DNA of 63,216 bases, counting the filler, from Basidioascus undulatus (lineage: Eukaryota): assembly GCA_000826855.1 (NCBI GenBank). It is 6 parts of 6 records of this genome, joined end to end, with 100 filler letters (N's around TTAATTAATTAA, not from the genome) between each part and the next. Parts side by side here need not be neighbours in the genome. Positions count along the whole stretch, not along the records: positions 1 to 10,466 come from JTLS01001122.1; positions 10,567 to 21,032 come from JTLS01001123.1; 4 more parts are not named here. The stretch is one strand, 5' to 3'. Within the stretch, counting starts at the first letter, position 1, and every line of letters begins with the position of its first letter. Positions 1 to 12,668 of the stretch are shown piece after piece. The notes below the pieces were generated by a model, which made no database searches, was not told the origin of the DNA, and saw only the letters and a list, made by a program, of their open reading frames with translations. Position numbers and translations under genes: made by a program.

Positions 1-808
1 CGCTCCTCTCCCGCACCCCATCCACCACGACGCCGCCATTCCCCCTCAGCCCCTCCTTCCGCCTCTGCTTCCGCTCCCGCTGCTTCTCCCTCAACGACCG
101 CTTCACCTCCTCCAGCTTTTCCCGCTGCGCGGAGGAGCGCGCTTTCCGCGCTTGATCCTTCGCTGAGGAGAGGGTTTGGTGATGTCGGGCGCGATCGACC
201 TGGGGTGCGGGTGCGTGATTTGGTCAGTTCGCGGGACAGCAGGAGTAAGGGGGAGAAGAGGAGGGGGGAGGGGAGTGGGACGGAGGGGGAATGGGGAGGA
301 AGGGACCCACGGATTGCGCGAGCCGAGAGGCGGAGCGGGCTTCGGAGGAGGAGGAGGCGGAAGAGGCGAGGGAGAGGAGGTCGGACTTTGTCCGTCACCG
401 CCGGGGGTCAGATCGGTGGGAGGAAAGGAAGAGGGGAGGGAGGAAGGGTACCTTGGACTCGACGAAGATCTTCTTCTGCTTGCCTTTGCCTTTGCCTTTC
501 TGGGGCTTCGGGGCGGGGGCGGGAGGGGCTTTGGACTTGCCCTTCGCGGGGGCCTCGGGCTCGGGTGAGGAGGAGGCGGAAGGCGAAGGGGAAGGTTCCC
601 GCTCCGGCTCGGCATCGGAGGAGGTGGAGTGGTATGAAGGTGCGGGGGAGGGGGCGCGTCGGGGCTGGGATTTGTTCTGGAGGGGAGGGTGAGATCTCAT
701 CTCGGGAGAGCGTAGGGGCGGACGAGGACGTACGCCAGCTTTAGGCCCCTTCACATTCCCCCTCGCAGGCACCGTTCCCTTCGAGATCGTCTTCTTTTGG
801 AGCGCCAT
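1..808 (-). CDS. LOC1: Loc1-like 60S ribosomal subunit assembly/export protein (3 exons seen; 3' end runs off the window)
   Basis: ATG at 808. Basic N-terminus, then spliced KGKQKKIFVESK|SDLLSLASS...EARSASRLAQS|VDRARHHQ...REKLEEVKRSLREK. This resembles the fungal Loc1 pattern KxFVDD...ESK..KAR..EE...KLEE.K. Confidence 0.5.
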
Positions 809-1185
809 GTTCCGTACTGTACGTGGGTGTGAGCGAGGAAGACAAGGACGCTTGCAGCCCGCCCGCGAATCCAACTTTTCCACCTCGGTTCATCCGCGGA
901 TGGCCGACCGGCGTCGCCTCGCTGTCCCCATCATGCAGGTCTCTCTCCTTCCAGCTCGGGGGCGATCGCGACGACCACATTTCTTCATCAGACCCCTCCC
1001 ACCCGCTCACCCGAGCATTTTTCTCTTCATTCTTCCATCTCCACCGTCGATTCCGGTTACGATCTTCATTAACGACCCCTTCGCACTTCTTACGACACAC
1101 GCGCTTCCCCTGCCACCTCGGTCAACCTCGACATACGATCTCTGAACACCAAGCCAACGTCCGATCCAAACCGCGAAACCGAGAA

Positions 1186-1389
1186 ATGGCCACCACCCCT
1201 CCGACGTCCAGGGCCGTGCCCCTCACCTGCTCGGGCCAGTACGTGCGCGAGCGAGTGAGCGAAGGCGAGAAGTCAGCAAGGGCAGGGCTGATGAGACGGG
1301 ATGGAATGCAGCACCCGCCCCGTCGTCCACCTCGAGTTTTCGCCCCTCCAGGATGACGGGTCCTACGTCTTTATCTCGTCGTGCAAAGA
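1186..1389 (+). CDS. 5' fragment (2 exons) of STRAP/UNRIP-like WD40 protein
   Basis: Spliced MATTPPTSRAVPLTCSGH|TRPVVHLEFSPLQDDGSYVFISSCK matches the STRAP N-terminus (PLTCSGHTRPVV...YFLISACKD). No further STRAP exons follow. Confidence 0.8.
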
Positions 1390-1514
1390 GTTCGTCTTCC
1401 TCCCTCCCCTTTACCCTCCCCCTCCCCTCTTCCATACCCCTTTCCCCTTCCCCACCTTCCTTCCCCTCCCTTGTCTCCTCCTCTAAACTCACCCATCCCT
1501 TCCCGCACCCCCAG

Positions 1515-2464
1515 ATCGACACCCTCTTCCAGTCCCTCTCCCCTGCGCCCTCAAACCACACGATCATCGAGGCGCACCCGGACGTGCTCAAGCACATGCG
1601 TGAAACGGGGTGGTACGACAAGCCCGGGGTGCGCATCCTCGAGGGGAAGTGGCAGGTACATCCGTCCATCACTCTAACTATTTCCAACTCTGACTGACGT
1701 TTCTTTTGGTGATCATGCACCCGTTTGCGGGCTGACAGGACTTTATCGACACGGACGACTTCGACCCAGGCGTTTATGACGTGATCTACTTCGACACGTT
1801 CTCCGAACACTGTCCGTCCCCATCCCCATCCCACCTTCTGCCCATCTCGCCATCCCACCTTCTCCCCCCCGTTTCTACTACCTCCTATGCCGGCTATCCT
1901 AGACCGTCCCTGACACACCAACCCACAGATCACGACCTCCGCTCCTTCTTCGACGCGCTCCCCGCGCTCCTCCGCAGCCCCTCATCACGCTTCTCATTCT
2001 TCCACGGCCTGGGCGCGACGAATGCGCTGTTTTGTGCATCTTTGCTCTCCTTCTTTCACCTCCCTTCCTTTTCCCCTCCCTTCTGTCCCTTCCCTCCCCG
2101 TCCCATCCTTCCCTTTCCCTCTTCTCCGTCCCCTCTCTCCCCCTTTTCGATCCTCTTCCTCTCCTGCCTTCATGACCAGGAGCTGACACCTGGACGATCC
2201 CGCGGAAACAGACGACGTCTACACCCGTATCGCCGAGCTGCACCTGGCGGAAGCAGGGCTCGACACGCGCTGGGCGGACGTCGAGGTCGGCGAGATCGCG
2301 CACGTGTGGAAGGGCGTAAGGCGGAGCTACTGGAGCTTGTGCGTCCTTCTTCTTCCTTCCCTTCCGACGTCGGGTGTTTGCGGGGCGGGCGGCTTGCTGA
2401 TGAGCTGGTTTGGGGGAGGGGGAGCAGACCTTGTTACAAGTTGCCTATTTCTACGACGGGCTAG
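1515..2464 (+). CDS. RMT2: 3' fragment of protein arginine N-methyltransferase 2; N-terminal part and SAM motif I absent
   Basis: Exons IDTLFQ...HTIIEAHPDVLKHMRETGWYDKPGVRILEGKWQ, FDVIYFDTFSEH, FSFFHGLGATNALF, DVYTRIAELHL...WKGVRRSYW, YKLPI. TAG at 2462-2464. Confidence 0.85.
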
Positions 2465-2705
2465 ACGAAGAGATGGATCGGACTGCATTGCACGGTATGC
2501 GGCGTGTGCGTGCAGCTTGGACAGGCACCCTGGGCGCTTCGACTGCTTTCACAGGTTGCAATGCCGGCCGACTTCATTCACAGCGGCACCCGGTTCAGCG
2601 AGCTCAATTTCATCATCATCGTTCTGCACAGCTGCATATCATCCTTCTTCCTTCCGAATCCTCCTGCTCCACCCACGCGTCTATGCGCGTCCCGCGCACT
2701 CCTCC

Positions 2706-5700
2706 TCACAGCTTCGCCTTCACCTCCCCCCTCTTCCTCTCCTCCCACGCCTTCGCCACCAGCGGCCGCATGTCCTTCTTCGAGATCTTGCCTGCCTCTC
2801 TCCCCACACATCAGCTCTCCATCCCCTCCCCCTGCTCTGCTCCCTCCTTCAACGCACCATTCGGGTTCTTCACGATCTCCTCAACGAACATGACAAACAC
2901 GGGCCTCATCATCGGCAGGAGCGTGCGCGCCGCGGTAGCCTTCACCTCGTCCTCCGTGATCCGGCCGAAGTGCCCCGGCTTGGGCACGACGACCACCGCG
3001 ACTTCTTCGCCGAGCGTTGGGTGCGGCACGCCGACGGCCGCGCACTCCATTATGCGCTCACTGGGGTGGGGTGGGAGATTGGTTAGCGGGGATGTTGGGT
3101 GGGGGGAGATGAGGGCGAGGGTGAGCGGGGGGAGAGGACGCACTCCTTGTACACGGCGTCTTCGATCTGGATCGAGGCGAGGTTCTCACCGCCACTGTGC
3201 ATGAAATGCTATTTCAGGAACGAATTATTTGTCTTCTTCGTACTGAGGAAAGTGCCATACCGAATGATAAGATCCTTCGCGCGATCCCGGATGTACACGA
3301 AGCCTTCCGCGTCCACATAGCCGAGGTCGCCGCTGCGCAGATAGAAGACATTCAGCACGATGTCATCTCGCTTATTAGATCCTCGACATACGTCTTGAAC
3401 CATCCATCCTGTTTCCAGACAGACATCGTCAGACACGATTTCGTGCAGGGAGAGGAGGCAACGCACGGGCAGGAACACCTCGGCAGTCGCTTTCGGATTG
3501 CGCCAGTAGCACTTGGCGATATTGGGTCCCTCTTTTGGAAATGAGAATTTGGAAATGAGAGTGAAAAAAGTAAGACTCGTCAGTACTCGGACATTCGCCG
3601 GAAGTGGCATAAAGATACTGACTGATCCACAGCTCGCCCACAGTGCCGCAAGGCACTTCCGCGCCATTCTCGTCCATGACGAGGATCTCGTTAGCCGGGC
3701 ACATCAGGCCAGTCTGGCAGGTACCCCAACGAGTCATTAGAATGTCGAGACGAAGCAGGGAACTGTTTGGCAGAATATGGAAGACTTACGCTGGTCGGAC
3801 GCTGGAGATAGTCCTCCCCGACATGCGAGCAGACGATCGTGTTGGACTCGGTCATCCCATATGCTTGCCTGTGAGAACCTGCGTGAGAATTCCTGTCTGT
3901 CCTGGCCAGTCCGACGCAGTCTACGCACCCCATTCCGATAGAAGGCCGCGTCTTGGCAGCTTCAATGACGAGCTCGGGCGGCGACGGCCCGCCGCCATAG
4001 GCCAGGCTCTGCAATGAGGGGAGGTCGTGCGCGAGAAGGGCCCGAGCGACGAATGCGACACTGTAGAGAGAATATATAAGCGTCACTGTGCTTCGGCAAA
4101 CCTTGGGAATAATCAGCGCACCCGCCAGTGTGCGTCAGTTCTGTTCGATGCGGCGAATGTCAGCGAGGATCTTGAGAAGACTGTTAACGGGCGTGGGACG
4201 TACGCTCCCGACGGATGAGCTCAGCTGCTTGGTCGGGTTGGAACTTGAACATTAGACAAATCTTTATAATACTGTTAAGTCAGCATGTCATTCTGAGAGT
4301 AAAGTAGGGAAGAGACTGCAGCGTCACCTTGCCGCCCAGCACCGTCGAGCCAAGGCACATTGACTGCATGCTGTGAAGACGGGATACCACATCAGTATTC
4401 TATTACCCGAGGTGCTTCCAGGGTAGCTAAAATTGTTCAACTTACCCCGTGACGTGGAACAGAGGAATAGTGATCAGGAAGCCCGGCTGCGGAGCGTTGG
4501 GGTCCGGCGCAGGAGGCGTCTCTCCACGGCGAAGGATGGCGCGCATACCGGCGCAGAGAGTGTGAATCCCGTTCACCATGAACTGAAGGATACGATATAA
4601 GTCAGTGCAGGTTGGACTCGGAGACAGCGCTGCTACTCACTTTGCGTTGAGTCGACAGCACGCCCTTCGGGAAGCCCGTCTGCGCACAGCTGTCAGTATT
4701 GCTTCTACATCAGCGCCCCAGAGTTTTCCGTACCGTGCCAGAGGTATAGAATCTGAAGATTTCGGACGGTTTTAGCAGACTCCCAAAATAACTGAAAACG
4801 AAACACATACATGGAGGCGTCGTCCTCCGGAAAGACTTCCGCGTGCGGCTGCTCCCTCGCGCCCTCGTACTTCTTCTCCAGGTCATCCCACCGCCCCGCC
4901 TTGATGCTGTTCACCACAGCTCCGGAGAAGCCTTGAGGACCCCCTCGTACTAGCACAACCGCGTGCAGCTCCTCCTTCGAGAGCTCGGCGAAGAACGGCG
5001 CGCAGACTGCGATACGCTCCTTGTCGACGACGGCGACCCGGGCGCCAGAGTCCGAGAGGCAGAACTTGAGCTGCTCAGGGGTGATCCAGGCGTTCTGAAT
5101 TACTTTTCGTTCGGTAAGCGAAATATCCTGACGGATTCAAGTGTAAAAACACGAACAATGGCCACGGGCAAGAAGCTGCGAAACGTGTCGCCGTCAGTTT
5201 CAGGCGTTAAGAGATGTGAACCGAAAAAAACGCACCCCATGGACATGCACGCCCAGAAAGTGATCAGGTACTGTGGATACTTCATGTCAGAAATCCGTCT
5301 GCGGAACACAGGAAGCACGTTGGGCTTACCTCAGGATAGTTGCGCATGATAATCGCCACCCGATCACCTTTCTTGCAGCCGTACTCATCTCGGAGCCAGG
5401 TTGCCGTTCGGGCTACCTTCTCATGCGTCTGGACGTAGGTGAGCTTCTCCGAGTCGAAGATGATGTACCTGAATTGCTCGCATGAGCCTTTATATTCAGC
5501 CGATACAGTGTTGCAGTCTAGCTTACGTCTTATCGTCGTGAACCTGAGGAACGCCTAGAGTTAACACCACGGCCTAAGCACCATGTGCGGTCAAACGTAC
5601 CTTGGTGGAAAGCCAGAAATCGCGGACCGTCGACCTATACTCCCCGTGATCAGCGAACATAACTCGTCGTTCCACGAAGTTAGGCGGCCTTACCACCAGT

Positions 5701-5939
5701 TCTGTGCAGCGTTCGAAAAATCAGCTTTGCGTACCCAACGGCTTACGGCCCAGATGTGTACAACGTACTTTGTAGTGCTTCTCAACCCGACCCTCAATCA
5801 CTCGGCTCTCCATCTCGAACGGCATCCCAGGGGCCGTCATAATGGTGTCGACCTGCTTGAGCGTGCGCTTCGGCTGCCACGTGAAAGCGCGAGATTCGCC
5901 GGCCCCAGCGGCGGCGTTGACTTGGGTCGTCGTTTGCAT
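2706..5939 (-). CDS. AMP-binding acyl-CoA synthetase/ligase, peroxisomal (PTS1 -AKL), many small exons
   Basis: AMP-binding signature IFYTSGT|TGFPKG, plus PLFHVTG, AYGMTE, SGDLGYVDAEGFVYIRDRAKDLII, ECAAVGVPHPTLGEEV and KNPNGKI. C-terminus EVKAKL*. Confidence 0.88.
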
Positions 5940-6551
5940 GTTGTTTCGGTATCGACAACGTGGGGGTAGGGTTGAGAAGTGGGGAGTGTATGATAGAAAC
6001 AAGTAAGGCAAGAGGTCGCGATATCAAGAAATCCCCCCGGCAACTGCCTTTGCCCGGCTCGGGTAACTTCCGCGCGCTCAGCGGGCCGACGCTACGCCCG
6101 CCGGTAATGCGTCAAAGGTCAGCTGGTGCAACGCCTCACTCGTTTGCTGCACGCGCTCCTGAGACGATGGGGATGCGAAAGCGACACGGAGGAAGGTGAA
6201 AAAGTTGAGTCAGGGCATGGAAGGGACGAAGAACGGACAGCGAGGAATGCGGGGTATACATCTGCTTCCGCGATTCGACGCTGTTCCGTATTTCCTGATC
6301 TTCTTCATCTCGACAAGCAATGAAGAAGTGTTGCAAATTAATGCGAAGCAAAATACTATAATTGAGAGGTGGCAGTCTGATGGGAGCCATTCTCGATAAA
6401 CCATGACGGCGAGCAGGCGTTCGTGCAAATGATCAACGACAAGCACATCAAACGTTCACGCAAGTCCGTAATGGTTCAGTTCGGGCTGGTCTACATACAC
6501 CCACCGATGCGAAGGGAGAAAGGAAGAGGAAGTGAAGTTGCGAAAGTGGTA

Positions 6552-9500
6552 TCAAGCTGCAGGTTGCGCCGGCGCCTCCTCCGCGTCGACCGCGTCGGCG
6601 GCGTCCTCCTCCTCAGCCTCCTCTGCTGGCGGTGGAGGGGCCGCCTCCTCAACCTCCTCCTTTTCGGGCTCCGCGCCCAGGACTGTACACAACGGGCAAC
6701 TCATCAGCATCCGACTGCAGAATGGAGGGCACGAAGAACGCACCCGCATCGCCGTTCGCCTCCGGCTCCTCCGGCTCGTCGGGAGACCCAACGCCATTGA
6801 CCGCCGGGGCGGCCGCCGCAGGGTTCCGCTCGCGCTCGAGGCTCTCCTCCCACTCGTCGAACAGGTCAAGGTGCTCTTCCGGCGACGCGATGGCCTCCGC
6901 GAGCTTGTCCTTCTTCTTCCGGGACAGGTCGGAACGCCACGCGCCAACCGTCTCCTTCACCTTGCTGGAAAGTGCGCAAAGAGATTCAGCCGCAAGTGGC
7001 GGACGCTGGGGCAATGTAACACAGACATACCTCGGCGCGTACGTCCGCGCGAAGAGAGCAGCCTCCGGGATCCGCTCGGTCTGGACGAGGAGGTCGACAC
7101 AGTCCTGCGCAGCGCCCAATTGCAGCTTGCTGGCGAAAGCGATGTTGTTCTGGCCCTTCTCAGCTGTGAACGGCCCAGACCATTAGCGCCCGGCGGTCGA
7201 ACGCATTCAGTAGCTCCAAAAGCACTTACTCGCCGCCTGCGCCAGCTTCTCCAGCCCTGACAAGTCGCCCGTGGAGGAGTAGACGAGCAGCAGCGCAGCA
7301 AGATCGCCGGCCTTCTCGAAACACTCCTCCGCGAGCGAGATGTCCCACTTCTCGAGCGCCTTGTCGCCGACCGTCTTCCACTTCGGCTCCGCCCCGGCCT
7401 CGGGCCCGGAGCGCACGATCTCGAGCGCCGTCTGCAGGTCGTCGAGCTGAACAGCGAGCTCGAAGCGGTGATCGGGGTCGGTGGACACCTGCAGCGCGAG
7501 CTCCTGGAGATCTAGAGGGGAAAGTGCATTAGCGGGCAATCTTTGCTGAGCTGGTAGTGGGCAGCTCACCTTGCGATTCCAAGAAGCGCGCGACGCGGTT
7601 CCGCTGCTCGGCAGGCACCGACGGAAGGAGCTCTTCCGCTGCGGCGAGGTCGCCCCGCAGCACCGCAGTCTGGTACTCGATAAGAGAGAGGGAGAGCGAG
7701 TAGGAGAAGACGTTGACGTCCTTGTCGGCGAGGTAGACGCGGTTGTGAGCGGGAAGATAGCCGAGCAGGTACATTTGCCTGTGTGCGGAGTGGTCAGCGC
7801 CAAGCGGGCTGCAAATCGAAACATCAGAAAATCTGACTGGTCGAAGTGGTTGACGGTATGTGTCTGGTCGCCGATCAGGTAGTTGAGGCGGTTCGCGCTG
7901 TTGGTGTAGATGAAACAGTCGCCGATCCACTTCGCCGTCGTAACGCTGAGAACCTCCAAGTCAGTACGCAGTCAAACTCGGCGTCGAGCTGGAAACGTAC
8001 CCCTCGGAAACCTCCGCAATCAGCTCAAACGCCTCCTCGACGCCCTCGTCGCCGAGATCCCCGCCCGCCTCGAGGAAAGAGTTGTACGCGTCGCGGTCGA
8101 AGCGGAGCACGTAGAAAGAGTCGTCAGCGACGATAGCGACGAGCGAGCCGGTACTAGACCAGTAGATCTGCAGTGTCGTCCGACAGATCAGCACCGTCCG
8201 TAATCGAAAGCGGTAGGTAGACGTACCTGCTTCGCGTCGACCTCCACCCGCCGAACGATCGCGCCCGTCTCCCAGTCCCAAAACATGACCCAGCCTTTGC
8301 CCCGGCCAGCGAGCAGCGAGCCCCCGTGCACTGAGTCCACCGCGCCCTGGACGTTGATGAGACCCGGACGCTCCTTGAAGTTGCGGTAGACGCGGACGCG
8401 GGTGCCGTTCTCGCGCACGGCGTAGGTGTTGGAGTCGGTGGCCCAGGCGAAGGACGTGCCGGAGCCGAAGGCCTTGTTGCGCCACGCGAGCGCGGTGTAG
8501 ATGATGTACTCGCCGTCGCCGCACACGGTCACAAAACTGCGGACAGCATTGGAGTCAAGTCAGCGCTTCAGATCTAGGAAGGACCTTACGTACCGGCCAT
8601 TCGGGCTGTGCTCGACGCTTTGAGGGAAGACCTCGGTGTTGCCAAGCTCGCGAACAGGAACGGGGATGCGCTGGCCGTCGACGAGGTCGCTCGCTACTCC
8701 CTGCCATCAGCTCCCAAGTCGCGGTCCAAGAGGCTGATCCTAGAGGACTCACCATCCACGGTCTGCAGGTTAGCGCTGAGGATCTCGGTGTTGCGCGCGT
8801 ACACGACCTTGCCCGCGACGTCCATGGACACGGACGGCTCCTCCCGGCCAAGCTACCATGACCACGCCCGTCAGTACCTTCCCCTGCGCTTCGCGCAAGG
8901 CGCAATTCTCACCTTGAACACAACCGAGCCCTCATCGAAACCGACCGCGACGTCGTTGCCGACTTTGGTGTACGCGACACACCATGCGCGCTCGAGGCCG
9001 TAGTTGAGCGTGTTCTCGAGGCGGTACGTGCTCGAGTGCCAGACCTTGACCGTGCCGTCCTCCGAGCCGGAGACTATGACGGGCATGGACGGGTGGAAGA
9101 TGGCGAAGGAGACGTTCGACGTGTGGCCCTCGAGCGTCTGGACGAGCGACTTGGAGTGGTAGTCCCAGATCTTGACGAGGCGGTCGTCGCCAGTCGTGAC
9201 GATGTACGGCTTGTCGCCGCCGTGGTAGTACTCGACGTAGTTGACGCCCTTGTCGTGCGCCTCGAGCGTGAAGTTCGCCTGCGAGGAGCCGAGAGACCAG
9301 ACCTTGACGGTCCGGTCGAGACAGGCGGAGGCGAAGGTGTTCGCGTCCTTCGGGTTGAAGGCGATGTTCATGATGTAGTGCGTGTGCCCCTCGAAGACCT
9401 GAGTGGGGTTACGCAATCAGCAATGTTCGCGCATGAGCGCTCTCGTCGTTGCTCAGCCCGCTCCACTCAGCCAAGCCTTCTACGGCCAGCGAGCCGAGCC

Positions 9501-10436
9501 AAAATACAGCGCGCCCCAAACGCCATCCACGTATTTCTCCGCAGTCTTTCACACATCTCCCCAGCCAGGCTTCTCCCGTAGACGTCGGTGACGAGCTCAC
9601 CTGCTGGCACTTCCAACCCTTCTCCCAGTTCCACATTTTAATCGTCATGTCGTCCGAGCCCGTGATGACGAACGGCTGCGTCGGGTGGACGGCGAGAGCG
9701 CGAATGTAGTCCGGGTGCGCCTCGAACGCCGCGACCTTCTCGTGCGTGTTGTAGTTGAAGCATCTGAGGGGCCCGACCGTCAGCCGACACCGCTCGCCCG
9801 CCCAAGACCCAAATGATCTGCAACGCACCGCAGCTGGAAGTCGTCCGAGCCCGCCACGAACCAATTCTTGCGCGCGATGAAGCGCACGCAGCGGACAGGC
9901 ACGTCCGTGACCTCGAAGGTCTTGACGATCGCGCCTGTGTCGATGTGCCAGATGATGACGGTGCCGTTGTAGAGACCGGACAGCAGCCAGGGCTCGGTCG
10001 GGTGGAAGTCGACCGACTTCACGCGATCAGATCGCGAGAAGAATTGACGCTGTTGGGGAAGAAGGGATGGAGATCAGCACACAATGCAGGGTGTCTGGCT
10101 GGGATCTGCAGATCTTGGACGCGACTGTTCGCTATCACTTCCACCAACGCTCTGCCCCCTAGTCTGTCTGAGTACCTCCAATACTCGCTTGCTCAGAAAT
10201 GAGCATGAACAACCCTGAGGCCTCCGCGATGCAGCTCATGGACTTCCATCACCATGCTGGAGGTGATGGACAATCCGTGTCCTCCAGCCCTGCCACTACC
10301 GCCCGGGCTGTCAGGCCGTCCGCAGAAGCAGTCGAGAACACCGACCTTGATATCCAGTTGCATAGGCTGTTCGGAGCATAGTCGTCAGCACTTCGATTGA
10401 ACGTGGAACCGGTCGCGAAGCGCGAAGACGGACCAT
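6552..10436 (-). CDS. SEC27: Coatomer (COPI) subunit beta'
   Basis: [95 protein letters not shown] and an acidic tail. Confidence 0.95.
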
Positions 10437-10466
10437 GCTGGGCGGTCGGAGCGGTCGGAGCGGGCG

Positions 10467-10566
10467 NNNNNNNNNNNNNNNNNNNNNNNNNNNNNNNNNN
10501 NNNNNNNNNNTTAATTAATTAANNNNNNNNNNNNNNNNNNNNNNNNNNNNNNNNNNNNNNNNNNNN
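10467..10566. other. Artificial contig spacer
   Basis: 44 N + TTAATTAATTAA + 44 N. Confidence 0.98.
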
Positions 10567-10647
10567 TGGGGTAGAACTTGGCGATGTCGTCGAGGATGAG
10601 GGCGTCGCGGTGCGGGGGGCAGAACGAGTAGAAGATGCGGCGCGCGA
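10567..10647 (-). CDS. Isolated internal exon of an MscS-like (Msy1/2) mechanosensitive channel, runs off the contig
   Basis: After a CTGAC branch site and CAG acceptor: LARRIFYSFCPPHRDALILDDIAKFYP, which resembles the segment just before the EF-hand in fungal MscS proteins. Confidence 0.6.
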
Positions 10648-10789
10648 GCTGGGTCCGTCCGAGCAACATGTCAGCCAGAGTGAAGTTTGGGGGGGAAGAG
10701 GGCGGAGAGTGGTTTCCCTGGAGGCTAGGGTGACACGCAGGCTTGCGGTTGGCGGACTTCGTAAACAGCCGGCTGCGGTTGCTCGCTGG

Positions 10790-11620
10790 CTGTCTGGCTC
10801 ACTTTACCTGCGGGCCACTCTTCCTCCTTGGCTCTCCACTTGCATAGCACTTGTCATCTTCTACAACTTTCTGCACGGATCTTGTTAACATTCACTGTGT
10901 TATATCATGAAGTTTGTGAGAAGCACCTGGTACGTTCTCTTGCCTGGGGTGGCCTGCCTGGTGGACCAGATACACTTCGCCATGGCGAACATGAGGCGAT
11001 GACTGACCACTTGGCACTGCCCTTGAATTGTCAGAGAGTAATATAGCCGAATAATCCATCTACCTGGCCCTACTTGCCGGGCTATTGGGCTTGCAGTCCG
11101 TCAAGGCCACACTGCGCGGCACGGCAGTCGTCATGCTCGTAATCTGCTACACGTTCATGGCCGTCCGTTCGCTGACCTACCAAGCTGTAAGTCACTGTTG
11201 TTACAGTTCCCCTTTGATGTGGTGGCGAGCGCTTTCTCCATGAAACTGACTGCTTCGGCCTGATTCCAGAGCCGGCACCACCATGCGCGCAGGACCAAGG
11301 GCCATCCTAGGGCGCACACTCAGGCATCTCTACCATATCCGCTCTCATTCGTTTCCTGGATGTCGTATGTCTTCTCATTTTATTCGCTGGCACGCAACGG
11401 TTACATGACCGCGCGGCGCCACTGCGATGCCAGCGTTTCATGCCGAGCAGCTGAACACTATGCTCTTAGAGATGTCTCGGTGCACCTCCTGCTGGTCTTC
11501 TGCTACTCAGACCTTCTTGGGCTGGAAACACCGGCAAGACGGTTTCTGTGCATGGCCGGAGCGGCGCTCTTCGTCGACTCGGTTCGGATCACCTATGTGA
11601 ACCTCGACTATTTGCAGAGT
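10790..11620 (+). pseudogene. Possible decayed multi-exon membrane protein gene
   Basis: Hydrophobic segments (CIALVIFYNFL; SIYLALLAGLLGL...VVMLVICYTFMAV; LLLVFCY...FLCMAGAALFV) separated by GT-AG intron-like sequence, with frame breaks. No family recognised. Confidence 0.25.
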
Positions 11621-12011
11621 GTGAGTGTATGTTGGACGACGAACTTGCTACACTCATATACTTGGTTCAACCTCTTTGCTGATGAGTCTGCGACTTCTCT
11701 GTACAGGCTGAGGGCGGTAAAAAGTGACACATCTGAAGGAGTCGTCGTGAAGGGACTGCGGAGAGTACACAGCGGTCGGGCTGGTTATGTTGCCATACTG
11801 GGTTGTTGCCACAATCTCGCAGCGGCGGTGCGGGCTTTCGTAATTGACAGATGTTGTTCCCCGGGATTGCAAGAGGGGGCGTCGCATTCCGGGTGGACCA
11901 ATAGGACTGCAGCTTTGGCACACGCCTCGTAATGTTACAGGTTTCGGCTCGCCGCGCAGTGGTCATGCCTGACAATGTGGGATGCCCCTCCCGACAAAAC
12001 GGGAACCAAAA

Positions 12012-12091
12012 GGGCCTGACCGGGAATTGAACCCGGGACCTCTCCCAATCGGCAACCCTAAGGGAAAATCATACTACTAGACCATCAGGCC
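12012..12091 (-). tRNA. tRNA-Pro (anticodon AGG) with 8-nt intron
   Basis: Minus strand GGCCTGATGGTCTAGTAGTATGATTTTCCCTT-AGG-G[TTGCCGAT]TGGGAGAGGTCCCGGGTTCAATTCCCGGTCAGGCCC. Acceptor stem GGCCTGA/TCAGGCC, A and B boxes, followed by TTTT. Confidence 0.95.
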
Positions 12092-12668
12092 GATAGTCAT
12101 TATGACAATAATGCCACACAGGAACACAAGCATTGTACCTTAATGCATGAATGCCTGCGCTATTATCATGGGTCACATTCCCAAGGACAATAACGGAGGC
12201 GTGGTTTTCCTGTGTGCAAAGCATGTACCCAAGGATCCGGCGGATGGTTCGGCCGGAAGAGCTTCAAGACGCAGAGGCCCACAAATCCTGAATGTGTTAC
12301 AAGCCCACTGAACGCATTTTCAATTTACAACTGAGGAAACGAGCACGTTTTTGAGTATCCATATTTGCTCACGGCGGTGAATGTCACGACAACGGAGTCA
12401 AAGCACCGTGGCAGTCTGTCATCTCACTCGTTCGCAGTCAAGAGCGAGCGTCTTCGTGGACGAAATCCACCTTCGCTTTGACCGTTCTACGTCCTGCTCG
12501 CCCACCTTTGGAATATCTATATAACAATTTATTGTTCGCAAAGAGGCTAGCGCCAAGTCAAGTCAAATCAAGCAGACTGCTTTCCAGCTTTCACCCAGCT
12601 GCCTCGCACCTCCACCTGCCCCGAATCCTGGCTCACTCTCTGGGCTTCTCCGTTGCCCACAAACCGCC

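Noticed and set aside
176..744. Long antisense and alternative-frame ORFs here and throughout the ORF track
   Set aside because: They are shadows of GC-rich spliced genes and low-complexity tracts, with no recognisable motifs.
1186..2464. STRAP-RMT2 as a novel fusion protein
   Set aside because: Splice phases are incompatible (2 versus 0), and RMT2 would lack SAM-binding motif I.
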